Part shown: positions 19,241 to 30,212 of the stretch, one piece after another
Layout of the letters: every line of letters starts with the position of its first letter
Position numbering within the stretch: position 1 is the first letter of the stretch
DNA from: Fidelibacterota bacterium
GTDB taxonomy: Bacteria > Fidelibacterota > Marinisomatia > Marinisomatales > TCS55
Length of the DNA: 39,547 bases
Assembly (NCBI GenBank): GCA_046861385.1
Contig: JBHHTW010000018.1
Location: 1-39,547 of the forward strand
Direction: 5' to 3'
Position numbers and translations under genes: made by a program
Notes under the pieces: generated by a model
The model's database searches: none
The model's input: only the letters and a program-made list of their open reading frames with translations
Told to the model about the DNA's origin: nothing

Positions 19241-20668
19241 GTGAATACTATTTATGAAAATCTACCTTACAAAGTTGCTGACATTCAATTAGCTGAAAGT
19301 GGACATAAGGCAATTTCTATATCCGAAAAAGAAATGCCCGGATTAATGAGAGCAAAAGAAAAATATCAGACCCAAAAACCTCTTAATGGTTTAAAATTGA
19401 CCGGGTCTCTTCACATGACGATTGAAACAGCAATATTGATTAAAACTCTCAGAGAATTAGGTGCGAATATCCGGTGGGCTTCCTGTAATATTTTTTCGAC
19501 CCAAGATCACGCTGCCGCAGCCATAGCGGACAGTGGTATACCAGTCTATGCATGGAAAGGGGAGACATTGGAAGAATATTGGTGGTGCACACTACAAGCA
19601 CTGACCTTTCCCGATGGAAGTGGACCAAATTTAATTGTTGATGATGGTGGTGATGCAACTTTGCTGATTCATAAAGGATATGATTTAGAAAATTATGTTG
19701 CTGAACACGGTGAGGCTCCACCTATCGATACAAATATTGAAGAAGAAATTGTCATTGAGAAATTGCTGAGGAATGTGCTGGAAAAAGACAATGAGCATTG
19801 GCATAAAATTGCAAAAAATATTATAGGTGTTTCTGAAGAAACGACAACCGGAGTCCATCGACTGGAACAAATGGAACGAAATGGTACATTGTTGTTCCCT
19901 GCTTATAATGTGAATGATTCAGTTACAAAATCCAAATTTGACAATATTTACGGTTGCAGAGAATCCCTCGCTGATGGTATTAAACGTGCGACTGATGTCA
20001 TGATTTCCGGGAAAGTTGTGTTAGTTTGCGGCTTTGGTGATGTTGGCAAAGGATGCGCTCAATCCATGCGTGGATTTGGAGCGAGGGTCATTATTACAGA
20101 AGTGGATCCTATCTGTGCATTGCAGGCAGCAATGGAAGGATACGAAGTTAAAACCGTTGAACAAGCGTTGTCTGAGACTGATATTTATGTGACTGCAACC
20201 GGTAATAAAGATATTATTACCTATGAGCATATGAAAAAGATGAAGGACCAGGCCATTGTTTGTAATATAGGTCATTTTGATAATGAAATACAGATGAATG
20301 CTTTGAATTCTGATCCTTCAGTCGGAAAAGAAATGATTAAACCACAAGTAGATCGATATACTTTTAAAGACGGGCACCAAATATTTGTATTGGCCGAAGG
20401 AAGATTAGTTAATCTGGGATGTGCAACCGGACATCCGAGTTTTGTAATGTCTAATTCATTTACAAACCAGGTATTGGCTCAGATCGCATTGGCATCAGAC
20501 CGGCCTGAAATAGGCGTTTTTCTTCTGCCAAAAATATTGGACGAAGAAGTGGCTCACATGCACCTTGACCGTCTGGGAGTTACCTTAACAAAATTAACGG
20601 ATGACCAGGCAGATTATATTGGCGTAAATAAAAATGGACCATTCAAAAAAGAAGAATATCGATATTGA
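19241..20668 (+). CDS. ahcY: Adenosylhomocysteinase
   Basis: [51 protein letters not shown]. Start placed at GTG 19241 after GGAGA (ORF track starts at 19226). Confidence 0.97.
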   Translation: MNTIYENLPYKVADIQLAESGHKAISISEKEMPGLMRAKEKYQTQKPLNGLKLTGSLHMTIETAILIKTLRELGANIRWASCNIFSTQDHAAAAIADSGIPVYAWKGETLEEYWWCTLQALTFPDGSGPNLIVDDGGDATLLIHKGYDLENYVAEHGEAPPIDTNIEEEIVIEKLLRNVLEKDNEHWHKIAKNIIGVSEETTTGVHRLEQMERNGTLLFPAYNVNDSVTKSKFDNIYGCRESLADGIKRATDVMISGKVVLVCGFGDVGKGCAQSMRGFGARVIITEVDPICALQAAMEGYEVKTVEQALSETDIYVTATGNKDIITYEHMKKMKDQAIVCNIGHFDNEIQMNALNSDPSVGKEMIKPQVDRYTFKDGHQIFVLAEGRLVNLGCATGHPSFVMSNSFTNQVLAQIALASDRPEIGVFLLPKILDEEVAHMHLDRLGVTLTKLTDDQADYIGVNKNGPFKKEEYRY

Positions 20669-20692
20669 TATCATTCTCAAAATATTATGATT

Positions 20693-20725
20693 AAAAAATC
20701 CACATTGAAAAATGTGGATTTTTTT
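20693..20725 (+). terminator. Intrinsic terminator after ahcY
   Basis: aaaaaatccacatt-gaaa-aatgtggattttttt hairpin with T-tract. Confidence 0.85.
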
Positions 20726-20793
20726 ATAGTTTGATAGCTTAAAATGAATGAATTTCCAGTTCATTTTTGATTAATGTTCGGTATCCGAGGTCT

Positions 20794-23712
20794 ATGATTA
20801 ACCGTCTAATAAAAAATATTTATAAAATAAGCATTCCGGCAGTGCTGCTGATTATCTATGCCTGCGATTTTAACAGCCCGTCTGATTTTGAAATGCCCAC
20901 TTGGTATATTGACTTAAAATTTCCCCTTGTTCAAGAAAGATATGGATTAGGTGGAATTGTTGATAATCAGCAAATATTCCCAACTTCTGATTCATTAGGT
21001 ATGCAGATAATTTTTGAGGACACGCTGCCAAATACATCCATAGATGCATCGTACTTGGAGGTGAATGTCGGAGCAAACATTGCATACGAAGGAACACCCA
21101 TAACATCGCCAAGTCTTACAGTCCTCATTGATACAGTCATCAATGTGACCATACCGTTTGCACCAGGTGGTTTGGTTGATATTACCGGACAACCATTTTC
21201 AGTGCCATCCGCAAGTGAACAGCAAGTTTTCGCATCATCATGGAATGATATTGTTTCGGCATTTGATACAACCTTTCCTGCCATTCAAATTGATCTCCCG
21301 GCAATTGATTCCAATGATCTGCCGGAATTTATTACTGAAGTATCCGGAGTAATGATTCAGGCAGACGATATAAGTGACAGTAGCTTTTTCTACTCATCCA
21401 TTACAAATAATGGAATGCTATCTAATGTGACCGGCGCACGATTTTCGATGTTGACCGGGTCCAGTGCCTCTCCCGATACCTTGGCGGATCATCTTCAAAA
21501 TACCGTTACAAAAGATGAAGTATTTTCCCAGAGAACATTGTTAGGTGATCAACAATTAAAAGAATCGATTCAGATGTTATTTAATTTTGATGTTGCCCCC
21601 CATACCAATAATACAGATACATTAACGGTGAAAGCCGGGGACTCAGTTCAGGTTAATTTCTCCGTCCGGATTCGAATATCAGGGGTAGATGAAGCGATTG
21701 TGCAAATTGCTGAGTATGAAATGCCTATCGAATTGGATCAGGTCTCTTTTCCATCTGATATTGAAATTTATTCCGGTGTTTTTAAAACAGGAACGAGTTT
21801 TGGCATTAATGAAATTGAGATAACTAACCTGAAGAGTACTTTTCCATTTAAAATGGATTTTTTAATGAATTTCAGGAATTTCGTGCCTCCCGCCGGAAGT
21901 GATTCAGTCAAAATTGATACGGTGTTATCTATAGATCATCCCACCTATGAGAAACCAATTTTTTATATTGATGGATATACGTTTTCGAATCCTTCCGGGT
22001 CGGACAGCGCATTGTCTGAATTGAGTATTGATCTATCTGCAACCCTTCAGGCGCAACAAACGGCTATTCCACTGGATGGATCTGAGCTGGGTAATATGAC
22101 TATCAATATCAAAGTGAATGAATTACACTTTGCATCGTTGGAAGCCAATATTATCCAATCATTTCCACCCTCTACACAAAATATTGCCGGTATGCCGTCT
22201 GGATTTTCAGGCATGGCATTTACAGGTGTGCAATTTGAATTTGACATGATCAACTCCATTGACCTGCCTGTCCAGCTGGATGTGGATATGGTCGGTTACA
22301 ATACTTTGGGTGACTCATCCATTGTGGAAGTTAGAGCAACGATCGCCAAACCGAGTACTTTTGGATCAGACAGTACTCGAACCATCATCCGATTGAGCAA
22401 AGTCGGTACCACTGTATTAAGTTATGCTACAGTTGATGCAGCAATCTGGACAGACAGTGTTACAACCACTCCTTCTGCTGGTACGTCAACCATTGTTGAT
22501 TTACTTTCCTTTAATCCAGCCGTTATGGTTATACGTTCTGCAGCCCGTATTGATGGACGCGGAACCATTTCTGGCGGTGCTGGTATTGGAGGACAGTACC
22601 GGATGGTTGCACCATTTGAAGTAGTCATGGATCCAATGACATTTATTTCTGTGACGGAAACACCCATTGAAGAATTTGCCCACGATACCCGAAATAAAAT
22701 ACGCTCTTCGTTGATATTCGCACAACTGACATCTACTGTAACCAATAGTATTCCCATTTCAGGAGAAATATCTATTTTGCTGTCCAATAAAACATTATTT
22801 CCGTTGGATACAACCCAAGAAATGCTCAGCATATTCAGGGACTCTTTAGCCGCACAAGATCCATCGTGGTCTGATGGTGATAGTTTATACATACTGAATA
22901 AATGTTTGGATTTAAACCCGGATTCATCTGCTGAAGATTTATATATTTTCAACGTGATGACTGATTTTGATGACTGCATAGACGGCGTGGTATATTTAGT
23001 GAAATATAATCCAGCTGGTAAGGATACGATTATTTCCTACGTGGATACATTGCTAAAAGTGATTCTCCCGGATCCAGCAGCATATTACAGTGATACATCT
23101 ACTGTGGGGCATCCCGGTCAGGTGGCAACTCCCGGTGTCATATCATATACCAGTGAAATAGATACAAACAAATTGTTTTTGCTGACAGACTATGGTGACC
23201 ACTATACCGCTCCAAGATTTCATCTGAATGGTACAGATGGTAAGTCTGTATATATGACCGTGAATGACTATATCGATATCAGTACGTTTCTTGTTTTAAG
23301 AATGAGCAACACAGGCATGTTCGAAGCAGCCCCGGATGAATTGGTTATCTTATATCCCAATGGAGGTGAATCGTTGACATTTGGGGATATATATTTTATC
23401 AAGTGGAAAACATACGGATCGATTTCTACCGTTGATCTTCATTATGCAACAGTCACCGATCCCACCAATGATGACTGGGTAGAAATCGGAGCTGAAATAG
23501 TTAATATTGATTCTATCTCATGGATACCGGCAGTTATGTCAGATAGTGTCCGTCTTCGCATCAGGGATCCGAATTCTTTTGATTCCAAAACCGGTAAATA
23601 TAAAACGGAAGATATTAGTGGATGGTATTTTTCAATAACTGGTGGACAGAGTGGACGACTTTCTGCACAGAATACCGATTTTAAACAGATTGGAAAAGGG
23701 ATCGTAAAATAA
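20794..23712 (+). CDS. Large hypothetical lipoprotein
   Basis: ATG at 20794 after GAGG; signal peptide ending IIYA-C (lipobox-like); acidic, beta-rich; C-terminal 'YPNGGE...IKW' Ig-like module. Confidence 0.75.
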   Translation: MINRLIKNIYKISIPAVLLIIYACDFNSPSDFEMPTWYIDLKFPLVQERYGLGGIVDNQQIFPTSDSLGMQIIFEDTLPNTSIDASYLEVNVGANIAYEGTPITSPSLTVLIDTVINVTIPFAPGGLVDITGQPFSVPSASEQQVFASSWNDIVSAFDTTFPAIQIDLPAIDSNDLPEFITEVSGVMIQADDISDSSFFYSSITNNGMLSNVTGARFSMLTGSSASPDTLADHLQNTVTKDEVFSQRTLLGDQQLKESIQMLFNFDVAPHTNNTDTLTVKAGDSVQVNFSVRIRISGVDEAIVQIAEYEMPIELDQVSFPSDIEIYSGVFKTGTSFGINEIEITNLKSTFPFKMDFLMNFRNFVPPAGSDSVKIDTVLSIDHPTYEKPIFYIDGYTFSNPSGSDSALSELSIDLSATLQAQQTAIPLDGSELGNMTINIKVNELHFASLEANIIQSFPPSTQNIAGMPSGFSGMAFTGVQFEFDMINSIDLPVQLDVDMVGYNTLGDSSIVEVRATIAKPSTFGSDSTRTIIRLSKVGTTVLSYATVDAAIWTDSVTTTPSAGTSTIVDLLSFNPAVMVIRSAARIDGRGTISGGAGIGGQYRMVAPFEVVMDPMTFISVTETPIEEFAHDTRNKIRSSLIFAQLTSTVTNSIPISGEISILLSNKTLFPLDTTQEMLSIFRDSLAAQDPSWSDGDSLYILNKCLDLNPDSSAEDLYIFNVMTDFDDCIDGVVYLVKYNPAGKDTIISYVDTLLKVILPDPAAYYSDTSTVGHPGQVATPGVISYTSEIDTNKLFLLTDYGDHYTAPRFHLNGTDGKSVYMTVNDYIDISTFLVLRMSNTGMFEAAPDELVILYPNGGESLTFGDIYFIKWKTYGSISTVDLHYATVTDPTNDDWVEIGAEIVNIDSISWIPAVMSDSVRLRIRDPNSFDSKTGKYKTEDISGWYFSITGGQSGRLSAQNTDFKQIGKGIVK

Positions 23713-25244
23713 TGGGTCGTCGATTCGTATTAATCTGTTTTCTGCTCATTGGATTTGTTTTCAACCAAACGAAACGGGATCCTCGTTCGGTTGGACTTGC
23801 TGGCGCGTATTCAACTATTGGAGATGGTATATTTTCAGTGGGTTATAATCCAGCGATGTTGGCATATCAACAGGATAAACCTTTCATGCTGCAGCTATTT
23901 GGAGTTGATTTTGGAATCGTGGGCAACTGGCTTTCTTTAGCGAATATGAACTCAATCAGCGGGGATACATTATTTAATACCGGGGAAAATCCCAGGAATC
24001 CAAAAGACAATAAAAAAACTCAATTATTGAATGACTTAAAGGATACCGGCGGATTAACCTATTTTCAGGATTTACATTTACCATTACCGATGCTGAATTA
24101 TTCTTCAGGTAATATGGCACTCACAACGAATACACTCATTTTATCGAATTACCAAATTCCTTATGGACTTTTGGAATTAATGCTGGAAGGGAATGCAGCC
24201 AATTCAGAAATTGACATGACACTTCACTATGAAATAATGGGGGTAACGGAATTGGGTTTTTCATTTGCAGTTCCCTATGATCAATTAGCAATTGGTGTCA
24301 CGTTAAAATATTTACAAGGTTTATTCTATATGGGAATAGATCCTGATTCCAGTCATGCAAATTTGACCACCGCAAATGAGGCCTTATATGGTGGTGGTGT
24401 GTATTATTTAAGACAAGGAATTGGGGGTTCTGGAATCGGAATGGACATTGGACTTGTTTCAAGAAATATCAATGGCTGGCGGTTTGGAGTATCTTTGATC
24501 AATGCAATCGGATCCATTACCTGGAATAGAGAGAGTATGACGAAAGATATTCTCGACGGTGGAGATAATATTTATGGAAATAGCGATGATTTATTTCATT
24601 TTACGTGGGCAGGACAGGCATTAAGCGACAGCGTGGCTATCAAATATATTTATACAATTGATTCGGTCAATGCAGGAACTTTAAGTAACGAAAACCTTTT
24701 TACCAACAACAGTCCGAAAGATCAAATTGTTCCGGTACCTTTGGATAAGAATGGTAATCTACCTGAATTCAAAATGGATTATCCTGCAATATTTAGGTTG
24801 GGTATGTCATATATCGGCGAAGGATATTTGTTTAGTTCTGATCTCTGGACGGGGTTCACAAACAGTATGTTTTCTCACCGGGGTTGGCGTTGGTCCGCCG
24901 GGATAGAAATGACAAAATTTGAGTCAGTACCATTACGTCTTGGATATGCCTGGGGTGGGAGTGATTTTCAAGAATTAGCTTTGGGATTTGGATATCATAA
25001 AGGTCCGATTATTTTTGACTTTGGTTTTGCATTTCGTAATGGAATATGGATTCATTCAATGAAAGGGATTAATCTGTCAACACAAGTAACTATTACCAGT
25101 TTTAAGAGCCGAAAATCAAAAGCTAAACCAAGCGATATAGTTCCTTCACCTATGCCGGGAAAATCTGAAGATGAGAATAATGAAAGTGAAGAGTCTTCTG
25201 AGTCTTCTGAAAAATCACTTCCGAACGCTGAAGAGCAGCAATAA
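23712..25244 (+). CDS. Putative outer-membrane beta-barrel protein (DUF5723/FadL/PorV-like)
   Basis: Signal peptide, 'RSVGLAGAY....D....YNPAMLA' N-terminal motif of the FadL/PorV clan, amphipathic strands (IGVTLKYLQG, GIGMDIG, LRLGYA); start overlaps the upstream stop (TAATG). Confidence 0.7.
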   Translation: MGRRFVLICFLLIGFVFNQTKRDPRSVGLAGAYSTIGDGIFSVGYNPAMLAYQQDKPFMLQLFGVDFGIVGNWLSLANMNSISGDTLFNTGENPRNPKDNKKTQLLNDLKDTGGLTYFQDLHLPLPMLNYSSGNMALTTNTLILSNYQIPYGLLELMLEGNAANSEIDMTLHYEIMGVTELGFSFAVPYDQLAIGVTLKYLQGLFYMGIDPDSSHANLTTANEALYGGGVYYLRQGIGGSGIGMDIGLVSRNINGWRFGVSLINAIGSITWNRESMTKDILDGGDNIYGNSDDLFHFTWAGQALSDSVAIKYIYTIDSVNAGTLSNENLFTNNSPKDQIVPVPLDKNGNLPEFKMDYPAIFRLGMSYIGEGYLFSSDLWTGFTNSMFSHRGWRWSAGIEMTKFESVPLRLGYAWGGSDFQELALGFGYHKGPIIFDFGFAFRNGIWIHSMKGINLSTQVTITSFKSRKSKAKPSDIVPSPMPGKSEDENNESEESSESSEKSLPNAEEQQ

Positions 25245-26309
25245 TCCTCCCAAAATAAACACCAAATTACCAAGCCAAGCAGAATAAAATGGCTCAAGCA
25301 CACCATTGATTCCCAATGATTGTCCGAACTTGATGAAGGCATAATAGGAAAATATCACAAGAAAACTGGCTCCGCCACCAAATGTCAGTCCATTTTTAGG
25401 GCGTACAACAACGAGGGGGATACCAAATAATACTACAATTAAATTTGTAAAAGCGAAAGCGACTTTGAAATGACGTTGAACTTCCCATCGTGTTGCATCG
25501 ACCCCATTTTCTTTTAAATACTTGATTCGTGTTTCCAACTCATAATAGTTCAATTCTTCAGGATGTTTATTTCCGTCTGCAATTTCATTGGGATGGAGAA
25601 ATAAAGATAATAACGTATCTTTACCGGAAATAACTACTTGATTTTCATTTCCTTTTTCATCAAAGGTTCTTAATGAATAATTGGATACAACCCATTGCTC
25701 TAATGTATCAATCCAAGCCATTTGTTTTGCGTCGATCCGCTGGGAAATAGTGCTATCCGTAAATGTTATAATTGTAATATCCTCAGCTTTTTGGCTATTC
25801 AAATGATATTTTTTCAGCGCCATGTGATGGATTTCATGTTTTTGAAAAAATATATCCTTTAGTGTGTCTTTTGTCCGACGCTTGGGTTTCTTTTTCATAT
25901 ATTCTTTCTCAATGATTGCTCGCTTTGTCATACTCCAGCTGACATATTTATTATCAAATTCGAAAGAGAGCAAACTGATAAAAATGCTGAATAAAATCAA
26001 TGTAGCGGAAAGTCGGTACAGGCTGATACCGGCAGACTTCATCGCCGTCCATTCATTCCGTTTTGTCATTAATCCAAAACTGAATACAGCTGCAATCATC
26101 ATAGACATGGGAAGTGCAATATTGGTAAAATACGGTATGCTGTACCCATAGTATTTCAATACAATAGGCCAAGGCATACTATTATCAATATATCGATCAA
26201 GATTTTCGATCAGATCAACAATAATAAATACGCTTAAAAACCCCAACAATGAAACTACCAAAATGGTCATAAACTGCCGTAGGAGGTAAATATCAAGTTT
26301 TTTAATCAT
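25215..26309 (-). CDS. LPS export ABC transporter permease, LptF/LptG family
   Basis: KLDIYLLRQF start, NEWTAMKSAGISLYR, 3+3 TM helices around a periplasmic domain, SAWLGN near the end. Confidence 0.9.
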   Translation of the reverse strand: MIKKLDIYLLRQFMTILVVSLLGFLSVFIIVDLIENLDRYIDNSMPWPIVLKYYGYSIPYFTNIALPMSMMIAAVFSFGLMTKRNEWTAMKSAGISLYRLSATLILFSIFISLLSFEFDNKYVSWSMTKRAIIEKEYMKKKPKRRTKDTLKDIFFQKHEIHHMALKKYHLNSQKAEDITIITFTDSTISQRIDAKQMAWIDTLEQWVVSNYSLRTFDEKGNENQVVISGKDTLLSLFLHPNEIADGNKHPEELNYYELETRIKYLKENGVDATRWEVQRHFKVAFAFTNLIVVLFGIPLVVVRPKNGLTFGGGASFLVIFSYYAFIKFGQSLGINGVLEPFYSAWLGNLVFILGGLLLLFSVRK

Positions 26310-26429
26310 AATGAAGTGGAATTTACTATAATATTCAATTAAACTGGTCTTTGCAAAGACATAGACTGGCGGTTAATTTCCCAGCCCAATGTTTCACATA
26401 ATATAATTGATCTAAAAGGATAATAACGA

Positions 26430-27809
26430 ATGGAACTTGAACCAACGATTTGGCAAGTTATTGAGAAATGGACTGTAGAATTTTCCGGATTTATGTGGGG
26501 AACGCCTTTGGTAATCCTGTTAGTTGGCGGCGGGTTGTACTTTACAGTATACAGTCGTTTCATTCCTTTTAGGTACCTGGGGCACGCTTTACAAATTTTA
26601 CGGGGCAAATATGATAATGCAAATGACCCTGGGCAGATATCTCATTTTCAGGCTTTATCCAGCGCATTGGCAAGCACGGTTGGAATGGGCAACATTGGCG
26701 GTGTTGCATTGGCGATTCACACAGGAGGACCGGGTGCCTTATTCTGGATGTGGGTTAGTGCCATTGTTGGAATGGCAACTAAATACTTTACGTGTACTCT
26801 CGCTATTATGTATAGAGGGAAAGACGATCAAGGTGAAATTCAGGGTGGACCGATGTATGTGGTGGAACAGGGACTGGGAATAAAATTCAGACCCCTTTCA
26901 ATAATGTTCAGTGTAGCTGGACTGATTGGATGTCTGGTTCTATTTCAAGCAAATCAATTAGCTCAAATCGTGCGCGATCTTATTTATACCCCTAACAACT
27001 TTTTTGTAGGGAATCAAATTATTGGTGATTTGGCAACCGGAATTATGGTAGCCGTCATGGTGTCTTTAGTCATTTTTGGAGGCATTCGTCGTATCGGACT
27101 CGTTGCATCCAGAATGGTTCCTTTAATGGTTGCTATTTATATATTTGCAGCAATACTGATCTTATTAAAACATATGAGCGATATACCAGAGATATTCAGG
27201 TTCATCATTCAGGATGCGTTTACCGGCGATGCCGTTCTTGGAGGGTCCCTTGGCGCAATTATTATTATTGGGATTAAACGTGCAGCTTTTTCAAATGAAG
27301 CAGGGATGGGAACGGAATCCATGGCGCACGGCGCTGCAAAAACCAAAGAGCCTGTGAGAGAAGGACTGGTCGCCATGCTTGGACCATTTATCGATACAAT
27401 CATTGTTTGTTCAATCACTGGTTTTGTCATTCTGCTCTCCGGGGTAGATTCCTCCGATGTCAATGGCGTCACCCTTACAGCCATGGCATTTGAAAATGAA
27501 TTGGGTTTTCTTGGTCAATTACTACTGATCATAGCAGCGTTTAGCTTCAGTCTTTCAACTATGTTTGGTTATTCTTATTATGGACGTAAATGCACCAGCT
27601 ACCTTTTCGGTACCAAATGGAAACCGGTCTATAATTGGTTTTATGTAGCCACCATTATTTTAGCATCCATCGTTTCGATTGATATTGCTATAAACATCAT
27701 CGACGGAATGTTTGCACTCATGGCGATTCCTACAATGATATCAACCATATTACTCTCTAAAAAGGTGATGAAAGAAACCCGTCGCTATTTTTCAAAGGAA
27801 AACCAGTGA
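26430..27809 (+). CDS. Alanine/glycine:cation symporter (AGCS) family protein
   Basis: ISHFQAL..ALASTVGMGNI.GVA.AI..GGPGALFWMW, GGPMY, FSNEAGMG, FIDTIIVC. Confidence 0.93.
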   Translation: MELEPTIWQVIEKWTVEFSGFMWGTPLVILLVGGGLYFTVYSRFIPFRYLGHALQILRGKYDNANDPGQISHFQALSSALASTVGMGNIGGVALAIHTGGPGALFWMWVSAIVGMATKYFTCTLAIMYRGKDDQGEIQGGPMYVVEQGLGIKFRPLSIMFSVAGLIGCLVLFQANQLAQIVRDLIYTPNNFFVGNQIIGDLATGIMVAVMVSLVIFGGIRRIGLVASRMVPLMVAIYIFAAILILLKHMSDIPEIFRFIIQDAFTGDAVLGGSLGAIIIIGIKRAAFSNEAGMGTESMAHGAAKTKEPVREGLVAMLGPFIDTIIVCSITGFVILLSGVDSSDVNGVTLTAMAFENELGFLGQLLLIIAAFSFSLSTMFGYSYYGRKCTSYLFGTKWKPVYNWFYVATIILASIVSIDIAINIIDGMFALMAIPTMISTILLSKKVMKETRRYFSKENQ

Positions 27810-28714
27810 TAAATCGAGGTGAACTAAAAACAGAACAACGGAATCCTGACTCTCACAGGATTGATAGTATGGATGTACGGGAAATACTGCATTTGATCAA
27901 TAAAGAGGATCAAACAATTGCATCAAAAGTCAGTGAAGCAATTCCTGATATTGAGAAGGTAGTAGACCTGACCACTGCAGCCCTTCGAAAAGGAAACAAG
28001 GTTTTTTATATTGGTGCCGGTACCTCAGGACGTCTGGGCGTTTTGGATGCATCTGAGATGCCCCCAACGTATTCAGTACCGCCGGGTTGGTTCAATGGTA
28101 TTATTGCTGGTGGAGATAAAGCACTGCGCACATCAGTCGAGGGAGCAGAAGATAAACCGGAAAATGCTGTTGAAGATTTACAAAATCATGATTTAGACAA
28201 AGGGGATGTTGTTATCGGCATCAGTACCAGCGGCGCGGCGGCATATGTCCAAAAAGCAATTGATTATGGTCATAAAATGGGTTGCAGCACAGTTTATCTT
28301 ATTTGTACACCTAAACCTTATTATGAAGCAAAAGCAGACGTAATAGTCATGGTGGAAACAGGGCCGGAAGTGGTGACCGGATCCACACGGATGAAGGCTG
28401 GAACAGCTACCAAACTGGTTTTAAATATGATTTCTACGACTACGATGGTCCAGCTTGGAAAAGTCTATGGCAATCTTATGGTGGACCTTATGACCGTCAA
28501 CGATAAATTGGTGGATCGAGGTTCACGAATCATCAGCCAGTTAACCGGATTAGAGCATGAAAAAGCCAAACGCGCTCTTTTTGCAGCAGGAAAATCAGTG
28601 AAGAATGCGGTAGTAATGGTTAAAAAGCAATGTTCATTGGAAGAATCTATTTTACTGCTTAAGGAGGAGAATGGATCGTTACGAAAAGTACTCGAAAATT
28701 TCAAGGGAGAATAA
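27806..28714 (+). CDS. murQ: N-acetylmuramic acid 6-phosphate etherase
   Basis: TEQRNP, GAGTSGRLGVLDASE.PPTY, EGAED, TGPEVVTGSTRMKAGTA.K.VLNMIST, GNLMVD. Confidence 0.96.
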   Translation: MINRGELKTEQRNPDSHRIDSMDVREILHLINKEDQTIASKVSEAIPDIEKVVDLTTAALRKGNKVFYIGAGTSGRLGVLDASEMPPTYSVPPGWFNGIIAGGDKALRTSVEGAEDKPENAVEDLQNHDLDKGDVVIGISTSGAAAYVQKAIDYGHKMGCSTVYLICTPKPYYEAKADVIVMVETGPEVVTGSTRMKAGTATKLVLNMISTTTMVQLGKVYGNLMVDLMTVNDKLVDRGSRIISQLTGLEHEKAKRALFAAGKSVKNAVVMVKKQCSLEESILLLKEENGSLRKVLENFKGE

Positions 28715-29006
28715 CATTCAAACTATCTCTAAAAAGTTAGTTCAAATTAGGGCTGTCAAGTATGATACTCTCCCGTTTGAAGGGTTGTATTAACCCGTTT
28801 TTAATGCTGTTGTTAATGGACCACATTTTCGGAATTGTAAAGCTGGAGCATTTGGTAAAAAGCATTAGGTCAAAAATATCATATAAAAGTTTGGCCGTTG
28901 GTCCGATACACCCATCATATAGAATTTTTCCTAATAAACAACCAGGCGAAGAAAATAGTCGGAGACTAGCCTTATTCGTAATTTTACTCATGAAAGGTCA
29001 ATATCA

Positions 29007-29984
29007 ATGAAAAGAATCATGTATATATTCATAATGGTATCCTCACTGTTTTCGGTTGACAATGGAGAGAGAATTGAATTTACAAGCGCCAATCCGTTTT
29101 CATTTTTCCATATAATTACTGACTTGGAAAGCCAGGAATCTCAAAACGTTTTCGGGATTTTACGAATGCCGGAAGGGGTTGAACAAAAAAACCTGCCATT
29201 GGTTATTGGTGCAGCGGGTAGTTTGGGATGGGGAGAACACAATTATGAATATTTGCAAATGTACCGGGACATGGGGATTGCGACGTTTGAATTAAAAAGT
29301 TTTGCAAGCAGGGGAGTAACTTCCACAGTAGGGGAACAAATATCTGTCACGACAGCAATGATGGTTTTGGATGCTTTCAGAGCTTTAAAAGTATTGAGCA
29401 AGGACCCTCGGATTGATGGAAGCCGTGTGGCGATTACTGGATGGAGTCTTGGTGGAGGTGTAACTTTGTTTTCTGCATGGCAACCATTAAAACGGGCAAT
29501 AACAGAAGATTTATCATTTGCTGCCCACTTGGCTTTTTATCCACCATGCTTTATCATTCCGGATCTCATGGATTTTACGGATGCCCCCATCCATATTTTA
29601 GTTGGAGATCTTGATAATTGGACACCAGCTGCTGCCTGCGAAGAATTGGTTCCATTGATGCAATCTGAAGGAGTGAATATAGATTTAACAGTATATGAAA
29701 ATTCTCATCATTCATTTGATCGTACAGCTCCCCCTGTTATTGATGAAAATGGCTATTCATTTAATGACTGCCGTTTGACAATGAGAGATGATGGAGCGGT
29801 ATTAATGAATTTCATGAATATTCCCATGACAAAGCCATTATTACAGAAAATAGGTTTGGCATTCTGTGCAGAACGGGGACCAACATATGGCGGCAATCCC
29901 GATTCAAGGACAGCATCATTTGAGTACGCCAAGGAATTTATGGCAAACCATTTGTTGAATATGGAGCAAGAAAAGTTAAAATAA
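29007..29984 (+). CDS. Secreted dienelactone hydrolase family alpha/beta hydrolase
   Basis: Signal peptide, GWSLGG nucleophile elbow, GDLDNWTP (Asp), HHSFD (His). Confidence 0.88.
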   Translation: MKRIMYIFIMVSSLFSVDNGERIEFTSANPFSFFHIITDLESQESQNVFGILRMPEGVEQKNLPLVIGAAGSLGWGEHNYEYLQMYRDMGIATFELKSFASRGVTSTVGEQISVTTAMMVLDAFRALKVLSKDPRIDGSRVAITGWSLGGGVTLFSAWQPLKRAITEDLSFAAHLAFYPPCFIIPDLMDFTDAPIHILVGDLDNWTPAAACEELVPLMQSEGVNIDLTVYENSHHSFDRTAPPVIDENGYSFNDCRLTMRDDGAVLMNFMNIPMTKPLLQKIGLAFCAERGPTYGGNPDSRTASFEYAKEFMANHLLNMEQEKLK

Positions 29985-29993
29985 ACAACCGTA

Positions 29994-30212
29994 ATGAATT
30001 TACTGTCATTTATGGGTCTCCTTTTATTTTTCAGCGGACTGTTAATATTCAGTGTAAAGTTCATTGCCTATCACAAAAAAAATGTCATCGATAATGAACC
30101 AAGCACCGCCGACAAACCGATGATTCACATGAATATCTTTCGTGTTTTAACGATTATACTTTTGTTATCTGCATTCGTAATTATTATTTTTTCCAAAGTG
30201 GTTAAAATGTGA
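29994..30212 (+). CDS. Small hypothetical membrane protein (2 TM)
   Basis: 72 aa, two hydrophobic segments, starts 9 nt after the upstream stop. Confidence 0.55.
   Translation: MNLLSFMGLLLFFSGLLIFSVKFIAYHKKNVIDNEPSTADKPMIHMNIFRVLTIILLLSAFVIIIFSKVVKM

Noticed and set aside
26391..26418. dif-like site (GTTTCACATAA-TATAAT-TGATCTAAAGG)
   Set aside because: The left arm matches the E. coli XerC arm at 8/11, but the normally better conserved XerD arm matches only 6/11. It is more simply the -10 region of the symporter promoter.
28737..29010. Short ORFs 28762..29010 (+) and 28737..28991 (-)
   Set aside because: No recognisable motif, no clear RBS, and they overlap each other; probably a promoter-containing spacer.
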